Made by a program: the position numbers and the translations under genes. Positions 46,566 through 54,501 of a stretch of 64,000 nt of DNA are shown piece by piece; the first letter of the stretch is position 1; each line of letters opens with the position of its first letter. The notes under the pieces were generated by a model. The model did not search any database, was not told the DNA's origin, and was given only the letters and a program-made list of their open reading frames with translations. The stretch is from an uncultured virus (IMG/VR IMGVR_UViG_3300040960_001631) (taxonomy: Duplodnaviria > Heunggongvirae > Uroviricota > Caudoviricetes), in IMG/VR virus record IMGVR_UViG_3300040960_001631, positions 1 to 64,000 of that record; one strand, 5' to 3'.

Positions 46566-47153
46566 TTGAAAGACACAGCCTTTGTAATAGGCAATGGTAC
46601 TAGTAGAAGTACTATTCCTCTAATAGATTTAATTGATAAAGGAACTACTTACGGGTGCAACGCACTTTACAGAGAGTTTTCTCCTGACTATCTTATTGCA
46701 GTTGATGTAAAAATGATAGTAGAAATAAACAAATCTAAATATCAAAATAATAACAGTGTTTGGACAAATCCAAACAAAGCATATTCTAAGTTTACTGGAT
46801 TCAATTTTTTTAATCCTTCAAAAGGATGGTCAAGTGGTCCTACTGCATTATTTTTAGCAAGTGAGCATTCTTATAAAAACATATACATCCTTGGATTTGA
46901 TTTTGTAGGAATTAATAATTTAGTTAACAATATGTATGCTGATACACCTAACTATAAAAAAAGTTCGGATAAAGCAACTTATTATAATAATTGGTTAAAG
47001 CAAACATACGCAGTTATTTCAAAAAATCCTAATACTAAATACTTCCGAGTAGTAGATGAAGAAATTCCTTTTACTCCTAAAGAATTACAAAAATTAGGAA
47101 ATTTATCTCACATAACAGTAGAAAAATTTAAAGAAATATACAATATTGAGTAA
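46566..47153 (+). CDS. MptE/Maf/GT29-like Rossmann-type protein
   Basis: AFVIGNGTSR, GCNALYR, GWSSGPTA, IYILGFD; probable TTG start at 46566 (track start 46518 overlaps the upstream gene). Confidence 0.55.
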   Translation: MKDTAFVIGNGTSRSTIPLIDLIDKGTTYGCNALYREFSPDYLIAVDVKMIVEINKSKYQNNNSVWTNPNKAYSKFTGFNFFNPSKGWSSGPTALFLASEHSYKNIYILGFDFVGINNLVNNMYADTPNYKKSSDKATYYNNWLKQTYAVISKNPNTKYFRVVDEEIPFTPKELQKLGNLSHITVEKFKEIYNIE

Positions 47154-47268
47154 ATTTAATTTTTTTGCTTCGTTTTGAGCCTATTTTCGTAGGTTTTTTT
47201 ACATCTCGGTTAAATATTATATGACAGCCCCACACCTTAGGTGTGATTACAATTTATAGGAGTAGATC

Positions 47269-48207
47269 ATGTCAGATACAACAAAATTTGAGCAAATGCT
47301 CGAGCTTCTTGTAAATGAAGACAAGGAAGCAGCACAAGAATTATTTCACGAAATCGTAGTTGAAAAATCACGCGATATCTATGAATCACTACTAGAAGAC
47401 GAAGCAGAAGTTGATGAGTCAGATGACGAAGAAACAACTGAAGCAGCAGACGAAGAAGTAGATGAGTCAGACGAAGACCTAGACGAAGCAACTGATGAAG
47501 AAGTTGACGAGTCAGACGAAGAAGTAGACGAAAACTTTAATCTAGACGAGTTTGAAGTAGAAGCAGACGACGACATGGGCGGCGATCCAGCAGATGATAT
47601 GATGGCTGACCTAGGTATGGACGACGAAGAAGGCGACGAAGACGAAGGTGAAGAAGGCGATATGGAAGATCGTGTTGAAGACCTAGAAGATGCGCTAGAA
47701 GACCTAAAAGCAGAATTTGAAAAAATGATGGCCGGTGACGACGACATGGGCGACATGGACGACGAAGAAGAGCCAGAAGAAGAATCATTTGCATTCGAAT
47801 CAGACGACGAAGAAGTTGAAGAAGCAGCAGACGAAGAAGTTGAAGAAGCTTCAGATGAAGAAGTTGAAGAATCAAAAGCACCACAAACAGCAGGCGAGCA
47901 AATGCGCGAGTATGTTGAAAAAGTAAGTGCTACAATGGGTGACAATGGTGCAAACACTAAGTCAGCAGTAGCAAGCAAAAACGACATGGGCGGCACAGCT
48001 TCAAACCTTGTACAAGGCGAAACAGCTGACGAAAGCGGCACATCAGGCGGATTAGCTAATCCATCTGAAAAAGAAGATTCAGCAGGTAACGTAAATGTTC
48101 CTGGTGGAAAGGCTTCAAAATCAATGAAGTCACAACCTGGCCACGGCGCTGAGAAAAAGGGCAAGCCAGAGACAGCTGACAATAAAAAACCAACTATTGG
48201 CGGCTAA
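47269..48207 (+). CDS. Highly acidic prohead core/internal scaffold protein
   Basis: 312 aa with DEEVDES/DEEVEEA repeats, immediately before the protease; AGGAG RBS. Confidence 0.65.
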   Translation: MSDTTKFEQMLELLVNEDKEAAQELFHEIVVEKSRDIYESLLEDEAEVDESDDEETTEAADEEVDESDEDLDEATDEEVDESDEEVDENFNLDEFEVEADDDMGGDPADDMMADLGMDDEEGDEDEGEEGDMEDRVEDLEDALEDLKAEFEKMMAGDDDMGDMDDEEEPEEESFAFESDDEEVEEAADEEVEEASDEEVEESKAPQTAGEQMREYVEKVSATMGDNGANTKSAVASKNDMGGTASNLVQGETADESGTSGGLANPSEKEDSAGNVNVPGGKASKSMKSQPGHGAEKKGKPETADNKKPTIGG

Positions 48208-48225
48208 TAAAGTAAGGAAAACTGA

Positions 48226-48849
48226 ATGAGAAACTTACGAGAGCATTTGACATTCGACCAAGCACGTATAGTGGTCGAAAACACAAACGATGGCAAAGAC
48301 CTTTACATGAAAGGTATTTGCATTCAGGGAGGTGTTCGCAACGCTAACCAGCGAGTGTATCCTGTAAATGAAATAGGCAGGGCTGTCAAAACTCTCAATG
48401 ATCAGATTAGCGGAGGTTACAGTGTTCTCGGCGAAGTAGATCATCCAGAAGGACTTAATATAAACCTAGATCGTGTATCACACATGATACAAGAAATGTG
48501 GATGGACGATAATAATGGTTACGGAAAGCTTAAAATACTACCTACACCAATGGGTAATTTAGTAAAAACTATGTTAGAAAGCGGTGTAAAACTTGGTGTT
48601 TCATCAAGAGGTAGCGGAAATGTTTCAGAAGACGGTAGCAATACCGTTTCTGATTTTGAAATAATCACCGTGGACGTTGTGGCTCAGCCCAGCGCCCCTG
48701 GTGCATATCCTACACCAATCTATGAGCACCTTATGAACGCTCGTGGCGGATATCAGGCATACGAACTTGCACAGGCAACAAAACACGACAACAAGGCACA
48801 AAAGTATCTTAAGGAATCGTTGATTAACATAATCAACAAACTCCAGTGA
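48226..48849 (+). CDS. Prohead protease (gp21-like)
   Basis: NANQRVYP, GEVDHP, LGVSSRGSG, DVVAQPSAPGAYP. Confidence 0.93.
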   Translation: MRNLREHLTFDQARIVVENTNDGKDLYMKGICIQGGVRNANQRVYPVNEIGRAVKTLNDQISGGYSVLGEVDHPEGLNINLDRVSHMIQEMWMDDNNGYGKLKILPTPMGNLVKTMLESGVKLGVSSRGSGNVSEDGSNTVSDFEIITVDVVAQPSAPGAYPTPIYEHLMNARGGYQAYELAQATKHDNKAQKYLKESLINIINKLQ

Positions 48850-48863
48850 ACAAGGAGAACATA

Positions 48864-49964
48864 ATGATAGATGCACTGAAAACACTTTTCGAAAACGATG
48901 TTGTTTCAGAAGAGATCAGAGCACAAATTGAAGAAGCTTGGGAAAGCAAAGTTGCTGAAAACCGCCGCGCTGCGACTGCTGAACTTCGCGAAGAATTCGC
49001 ACAGAAGTATGAGCATGACAAGCAAACAATGGTTGAAGCAATTGATAGTATGCTTACTGAGCGTCTTGCAGAAGAAATTGCAGAGTTTGCAGATGATCGC
49101 AAACAGCTAGCAGAAGCAAAAGCAAAATATGCTGTTGCTATGCGTGAAAATGCAAATCTACTCAAAGGTTTTGTAGTAGAAACTCTTCAACAAGAAATCA
49201 AAGAACTACATGCAGATAAGCAAGCAATGGCAGAAAATTATGCTAAACTTGAAGAATTTGTTGTAGAAGCTCTATCTAGTGAAATTGCAGAATTTTATGA
49301 AGATAAAAAAGACTTAGCTGAAACAAAAGTACGTTTAGTACGTGAAGCTAAAGAACATTTCGCAAAAGTCAAAAAAGACTTTATTGAAAGAAGTGCTACA
49401 GCAGTATCAGAAATGGTTGCAAAAGGTCTCAAATCAGAGATTACTGCACTTAAAGAAGATATTGAAGTAGCTCGTAGAAACGACTTTGGTCGTAAGATCT
49501 TCGAAGCATTTGCAGCAGAATATGGTACTTCTTACTTAAATGAGAAATCAGAAACTGCTAAACTTCTAAAAGTACTTGACACAAAAGACAAGCAACTTGC
49601 AGAAGCTAAAGCATTTGCAGCGAAAGCAAAAACTCTTACAGAATCAGTTAACGCAGAAAAACATCGTTTAATTGAATCTGCAAGAAGAGAAAAAATTATG
49701 AACGAACTGATTGCGCCACTAAGCAAAGATCAGCGCGAGATTATGACAGACTTACTGGAATCAGTACAAACTGATCGTTTACAAAAACAGTTTGATAAGT
49801 ACTTACCATCAGTAATTGATGGAAATACTCCAGCAAAGCGTAAGGCAGTAATTACAGAAGGCACAGAGGTTACAGGCAACCGAACAGAAACAATGACACA
49901 AAATAAAGCAGACGAAACAGATAACAATGTTGTTGATATTAAACGTCTTGCTGGATTAAACTAA
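48864..49964 (+). CDS. Prohead scaffolding protein (gp22-like)
   Basis: Coiled coil, GRKIFEAFAAE, between protease and capsid; ATG at 48864 follows AAGGAG. Confidence 0.85.
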   Translation: MIDALKTLFENDVVSEEIRAQIEEAWESKVAENRRAATAELREEFAQKYEHDKQTMVEAIDSMLTERLAEEIAEFADDRKQLAEAKAKYAVAMRENANLLKGFVVETLQQEIKELHADKQAMAENYAKLEEFVVEALSSEIAEFYEDKKDLAETKVRLVREAKEHFAKVKKDFIERSATAVSEMVAKGLKSEITALKEDIEVARRNDFGRKIFEAFAAEYGTSYLNEKSETAKLLKVLDTKDKQLAEAKAFAAKAKTLTESVNAEKHRLIESARREKIMNELIAPLSKDQREIMTDLLESVQTDRLQKQFDKYLPSVIDGNTPAKRKAVITEGTEVTGNRTETMTQNKADETDNNVVDIKRLAGLN

Positions 49965-49971
49965 GGAGATT

Positions 49972-51147
49972 ATGATGTCAGAACTATTAGAAAGCCGCTG
50001 GCAGGATACCAAAAACGCTCTTCTTGAAGGCTTGCAAGGCAACAAGAAGTCTGTTATGGCTGCTACGCTAGAAAACACTCGCAAGTACTTGTCAGAAAGT
50101 GCTACAGCGGGCGCAACGTCAGCGGGTAACGTTGCAACACTAAACCGTGTGATCCTACCAGTGATCAGACGTGTTATGCCAACAGTTATTGCTAATGAAC
50201 TAGTTGGTGTACAACCAATGACTGGACCAGTTGGTCAAATCCATACTTTACGTGTTCGTTACACTGACACATATGGTACAGGTGCATCAGGTGCAACAGC
50301 AGGCGAAGAAGCTCTAAGCCCATTCAAAATTGCTGAAGCATATTCAGGTTCTACAGCAGGTGTAGCTAATGCTACTGCGGCTGCTGAAGGTACTGCTGGT
50401 AACCAACTAAGCATCCAGATCCTCAAGCAAACAGTTGAAGCTAAGACACGTAAGTTGTCAGCTCGCTGGACATTTGAGGCAGCTCAGGACGCTCAGTCAC
50501 AGCATGGTATTGATGTTGAAGCAGAAATTATGGCTGCTCTAGCACAAGAAATTACCGCTGAAATTGACCAAGAAGTTCTTGCTTCACTAGGTACACTAGC
50601 AGGTGGTACAGTTGAAAACTACGACCAAGCTGCTGTTTCAGGTACTGCTACATTCGTTGGTGACGAGCATGCTGCACTAGCAGTTCAAATCAACAGAGCA
50701 TCAAACTTGATTGCACAGCGTACACGTCGTGGTGCTGGTAACTGGGCAGTTGTTAGCCCATTCGCGCTAACAATTCTACAGTCAGCAACTACTTCAGCGT
50801 TTGCTCGTACAACTGAAGGTGCTTTTGAGGCTCCAACTAACACTAAGATGGTTGGTACACTAAACAACGCAATGAAAGTATATGTGAACACATATGCAGG
50901 CGACGATGCTAACGTTCTTGTTGGTTATAAGGGTACTTCAGAGTCAGACGCAGCAGCGTTCTACTGCCCATATATCCCACTAATGAGCTCAGGCGTTGTA
51001 CTAGATCCAAGCACATTTGAGCCAACAGTATCATTCATGACACGTTATGGATATGTTGAGCTATCAAATACTGCTTCGTCTCTAGGTAACGCAGCAGACT
51101 ACTTAGCAGCAGTTGGAATTACCGACGGTAATGTAAGCTTCAGCTAA
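49972..51147 (+). CDS. Major capsid protein (gp23-like)
   Basis: VGVQPMTGPVGQIHTLR, VEAKTRKLSARWTFEAAQD, EIDQE, AFYCPYIPL, FMTRYG. Confidence 0.96.
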   Translation: MMSELLESRWQDTKNALLEGLQGNKKSVMAATLENTRKYLSESATAGATSAGNVATLNRVILPVIRRVMPTVIANELVGVQPMTGPVGQIHTLRVRYTDTYGTGASGATAGEEALSPFKIAEAYSGSTAGVANATAAAEGTAGNQLSIQILKQTVEAKTRKLSARWTFEAAQDAQSQHGIDVEAEIMAALAQEITAEIDQEVLASLGTLAGGTVENYDQAAVSGTATFVGDEHAALAVQINRASNLIAQRTRRGAGNWAVVSPFALTILQSATTSAFARTTEGAFEAPTNTKMVGTLNNAMKVYVNTYAGDDANVLVGYKGTSESDAAAFYCPYIPLMSSGVVLDPSTFEPTVSFMTRYGYVELSNTASSLGNAADYLAAVGITDGNVSFS

Positions 51148-51167
51148 GTTTAGCTTTATAGTAAAAC

Positions 51168-51195
51168 AAAATAGGGCCTACGGGCCCTATTTTTA
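51168..51195 (+). terminator. Rho-independent terminator after the major capsid gene
   Basis: AAAATAGGGCC-TACG-GGCCCTATTTTT: perfect stem, UNCG-type loop, U tract. Confidence 0.9.
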
Positions 51196-51266
51196 TGACT
51201 AAATTACATAAATACCATATACATTGAGGGCTTGATGTATTAATAGTACCCACGAGGGCGCAGGTA

Positions 51267-51494
51267 TTGATACACGTATTCTTGTTAACTGTTTTAGTTA
51301 ACGGAGACATAGTATCGAATGATATGTATTTCACAGATATCAATAGATGTAGATTCTTTGCTGACAGCGTTGTGTCTAGCAAACGAAGAAACTCTGGATA
51401 TCAACCTCCCACGATTAAACTTGAAGCATATTGTGTACCCAAGCTCATTGACCCCAACGATACAACTATAAAGTTGTACAAGGAGAGACAATGA
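51267..51494 (+). CDS. Small Cys-containing protein A (paralog of 52711-52932)
   Basis: MIHVFLL...MYFTDINRC...AYCVP; TTG start. Confidence 0.7.
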   Translation: MIHVFLLTVLVNGDIVSNDMYFTDINRCRFFADSVVSSKRRNSGYQPPTIKLEAYCVPKLIDPNDTTIKLYKERQ

Positions 51495-51967
51495 TAGAAA
51501 TTGCAGCCGCAGTAAGTATGGCAACATCTGCTTACAATGGCATTAAACGTGCAATAGAAATGGGGCGTGAAGCCCAAGACGTTGCCCAAGCATTTGGTAA
51601 ATTCTTTGATGCAAAAGAAAGTATTGCAGAAGCAAGTGTCAAACATAGAGAAGGGTCCAAAGTTAAAAAACTTTTCAGCGGTACAAGTGTAGAAGCACAA
51701 GCACTTGAAATAACAGCAGCAAAACACAAAACTATGCAGTTAGAAAAAGAACTACGGGAGTTCTTATTGTATTCTGGACAAGTCCAATTCTACGAAGATA
51801 TGATGTTAGAACGTAGACGCATTCGCGAAGCAAGAATAGCAGAAGCACGTCGACAAGCAGCTAAACAAGCGTTGATTATAGACGGAACTATCATAGGTGT
51901 TTCCTGCATAGGTTGTTTTATGTTTCTAATGTGGGCAGTAAATTTAATTGTTAGTAACGCAGCATAA
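51491..51967 (+). CDS. Coiled-coil protein with C-terminal TM helix, B (paralog of 52032-52514)
   Basis: MATSAYNGIKRAIEMGRE...QALEI...KELRE; AGGAG RBS. Confidence 0.75.
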   Translation: MIEIAAAVSMATSAYNGIKRAIEMGREAQDVAQAFGKFFDAKESIAEASVKHREGSKVKKLFSGTSVEAQALEITAAKHKTMQLEKELREFLLYSGQVQFYEDMMLERRRIREARIAEARRQAAKQALIIDGTIIGVSCIGCFMFLMWAVNLIVSNAA

Positions 51968-52031
51968 TTAGAATTTTGCATAAATACTGTTGTAGAGCGT
52001 GAGGGCTCTTCTATCAAAGAAAGGGCATTAT

Positions 52032-52514
52032 TTGATAGATCCAGTCAGCGCCATTGGAATGGCAACCGCAGCGTACAATGGCATCAAACAAGCAATCTCT
52101 GTAGGCAGAGAAATACAAGACATGGGAACACAACTTGGACAATGGTCCAAGGCCATTTCTGATTTAGACTTTGCACACAAACAAGCAGAAAATCCTCCGA
52201 TATTTAAGAAGCTATTTGGCTCGAGCCAAATACAACAAAATGCATTAGAAATCTGGGGACATAAACAAAAAGCCAAAGAAATGCGTGAAGAACTACGCAG
52301 TTACATTTCATTATACTACGGTCCAAGTGCTTGGGATGAAATAATTCGTATTGAAGCACAAATGCGTAAACAACAGAAAGAAGCAGTTTACGCAGCAGAA
52401 GAACGTAAGCAGAAAATACTAGAATGGACTGTAGGCTTAATTGCAGCAGTGATTGGAGCAGGAATTTTGACAGTGGTGTTTTATTATATTGGAGTAGGAC
52501 AAGGTAAATGGTAA
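52032..52514 (+). CDS. Coiled-coil protein with C-terminal TM helix, B'
   Basis: MATAAYNGIKQAISVGRE...NALEI...EELRS; probable TTG start at 52032 by alignment with B. Confidence 0.75.
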   Translation: MIDPVSAIGMATAAYNGIKQAISVGREIQDMGTQLGQWSKAISDLDFAHKQAENPPIFKKLFGSSQIQQNALEIWGHKQKAKEMREELRSYISLYYGPSAWDEIIRIEAQMRKQQKEAVYAAEERKQKILEWTVGLIAAVIGAGILTVVFYYIGVGQGKW

Positions 52515-52711
52515 AATTTAAAAAAGATCTACACGTTGCAGAGATACTACCTGAAGATACAGTTATGGTTGGCGAAGCAATGCCACTTACAACTAATGCA
52601 TTTGAAACAAACAACAAGATAACAGAGTTTCTTAAAGGTAGAGAATATCTTAAAAAAATGTTAGTTGAAAAAATATGTGGATCTTAGGTGTAAGTCAAGG
52701 TAAATGGTAAA
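52500..52711 (+). repeat. 16-bp direct repeat flanking the 59-aa ORF
   Basis: CAAGGTAAATGGTAAA at 52500-52515 and 52696-52711. Confidence 0.85.
52508..52687 (+). CDS. 59-aa hypothetical protein (not in ORF track)
   Basis: Manual translation MVKFKKDLHVAEILPEDTVMVGEAMPLTTNAFETNNKITEFLKGREYLKKMLVEKICGS*; fills the gap between B' and A'. Confidence 0.55.
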   Translation: MVKFKKDLHVAEILPEDTVMVGEAMPLTTNAFETNNKITEFLKGREYLKKMLVEKICGS

Positions 52712-52932
52712 TGATTCACGCATTTATTTTGATGGTATTGATAGCTGATAAACAAGAACCTAATCCTATGTATTTTAGAAGTATAGATGTTTGTCAGTAT
52801 TATGCTCAACGGGTAGTAAGACAATATGGAAACTATGGAAGCAAATGGGAAGTTCCTACAGAACATAGAATAACAGCGTATTGTAAACCTGTAAAAGTTG
52901 ATCCAAACAGAACCGTAGTTTACGATCATTAA
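52711..52932 (+). CDS. Small Cys-containing protein A'
   Basis: MIHAFIL...MYFRSIDVC...AYCKP. Confidence 0.7.
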   Translation: MIHAFILMVLIADKQEPNPMYFRSIDVCQYYAQRVVRQYGNYGSKWEVPTEHRITAYCKPVKVDPNRTVVYDH

Positions 52933-53165
52933 AATATTTTAAGACGCTTACACATAGCAATTAGTGTAGTACGTTTGATACCTAAGCAATCGCTTGCCTT
53001 AGTTTGATTCCAATTTTCTTGTATAAGAGCATCTTTTACTTTATTAATGATAAAATCGTCAATTTCGTCAGGCAATGATTTAACTGCATTTGCGCTATGA
53101 TTGTAATTTAACTCGTCAAATATTTCAAATAGTGCGTCTTGTTCTTCTTGAGGTGTGTGCTTCAT
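52929..53165 (-). CDS. Fis-type helix-turn-helix protein
   Basis: DALIQENWNQTKASDCLGIKRTTL matches the Fis/NtrC C-terminal HTH pattern; TAAATA on the minus strand at 53170-75. Confidence 0.75.
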   Translation of the reverse strand: MKHTPQEEQDALFEIFDELNYNHSANAVKSLPDEIDDFIINKVKDALIQENWNQTKASDCLGIKRTTLIAMCKRLKIF

Positions 53166-53259
53166 ATACTATTTATTAAGTAGGTGTTAAATTATTAACA
53201 GTTTGACCGATAAATATTAGTGGGCAAGTATTCAACCTAAATAGTTGAGGGCAAAATAA

Positions 53260-54501
53260 ATGAATAAAATAATAAAATATGGTCTAATAGGTGCTCTATT
53301 GGTAGCACTAAATGGACAAACAAGCGCACAAACTGTAATAGACGGAACCAGTTACGATTCGACTAGTTATGTCACTACGAACAATGACTCAACAACTACA
53401 ACAAATAGTAACGTAACAACAGATAACACCAACACTAATACTAGTACAATTGACAGTACCTCTACTAGTACCAATACAAATACTAATACTAACAATACAA
53501 CAATTGATAGTACAAACACCAACACGAATTTGAATACTAATAATACAACTATTACTAGTACCAATACAAATAACAATGTGCTAAGTGGCGGAACAACCAA
53601 CACAAATACCAATTTGAACACCAACGATACTACTATTAACAGTACAACTACCTCTACAAATACTAATACTAATTTGAATACAAATAACACCACAGTTAAC
53701 AGTACATCAAATAATACTAATACTAACACAAACGTTAATACTAACGACACTACTATTAATAGTACAACTACCAACACAAATAATAATATATTGAGTGGTG
53801 GCACAAACAATACAAACACAAATACAAATACAAACACCAACAATACAACTATTAATCAAACTAGTGATTCAACAATTAACCAAAATGTAAATCAAACTAC
53901 TGATTCAAACATCAATCAAACAGTTAATAGCACAAGTAATGTTACTAGTAATAATACTAATACTAATACCAACAATAATACAAACACAAACACTAGTACA
54001 AGTACAAATACAAACAATAATACAAATAATAATACAAATAATAATAACAATAACAATACAAGTGATATAAGACAAGAAATCATATCACCTCCACCAAGTG
54101 CTATTGCACCTACTGTGATGTTAGGCGGCAATGATACTTGTACTGTGACATATTCTGCGGCTGTACAGACACAAATACTTGGTGCGTCAGGCGGCGGACA
54201 CGTTCGTGATTTAAATTGTGAGAGACTTAAAAATTCTAAAACACTCTACAATATGGGTATGAAGGTAGCAGCAGTTGCGCTAATGTGTCAAGATGCAAGT
54301 GTATATCGTGCTATGGAAATGGCAGGTACGCCTTGCCCGTTTGATGGTTCTATTGGTGCAGAGGCAAAAGAAAAGTGGGAACTAAATCCTGAACTACAAC
54401 CAACAAACATAGAACAGGAGACAAGACGTAATGACAAAGCGGAAGGTGCTGTTAAAGGCATCCTTGGCGCTGGGCTTATGGTCCTGCTTTTGGGCCTCTA
54501 A
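53260..54501 (+). CDS. Secreted Asn/Thr-rich repeat protein with Cys-containing C-terminal domain and membrane anchor
   Basis: Signal-peptide-like N-terminus; ~230 aa of TNTN repeats; four Cys in the C-terminal domain; hydrophobic C-terminus. Confidence 0.75.
   Translation: MNKIIKYGLIGALLVALNGQTSAQTVIDGTSYDSTSYVTTNNDSTTTTNSNVTTDNTNTNTSTIDSTSTSTNTNTNTNNTTIDSTNTNTNLNTNNTTITSTNTNNNVLSGGTTNTNTNLNTNDTTINSTTTSTNTNTNLNTNNTTVNSTSNNTNTNTNVNTNDTTINSTTTNTNNNILSGGTNNTNTNTNTNTNNTTINQTSDSTINQNVNQTTDSNINQTVNSTSNVTSNNTNTNTNNNTNTNTSTSTNTNNNTNNNTNNNNNNNTSDIRQEIISPPPSAIAPTVMLGGNDTCTVTYSAAVQTQILGASGGGHVRDLNCERLKNSKTLYNMGMKVAAVALMCQDASVYRAMEMAGTPCPFDGSIGAEAKEKWELNPELQPTNIEQETRRNDKAEGAVKGILGAGLMVLLLGL

Noticed and set aside
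53380..54060. Repetitive AAT/ACA/ACT tract as a CRISPR or other repeat array
   Set aside because: In-frame Asn/Thr codon repeats within a CDS; no constant repeat with unique spacers and no cas genes.
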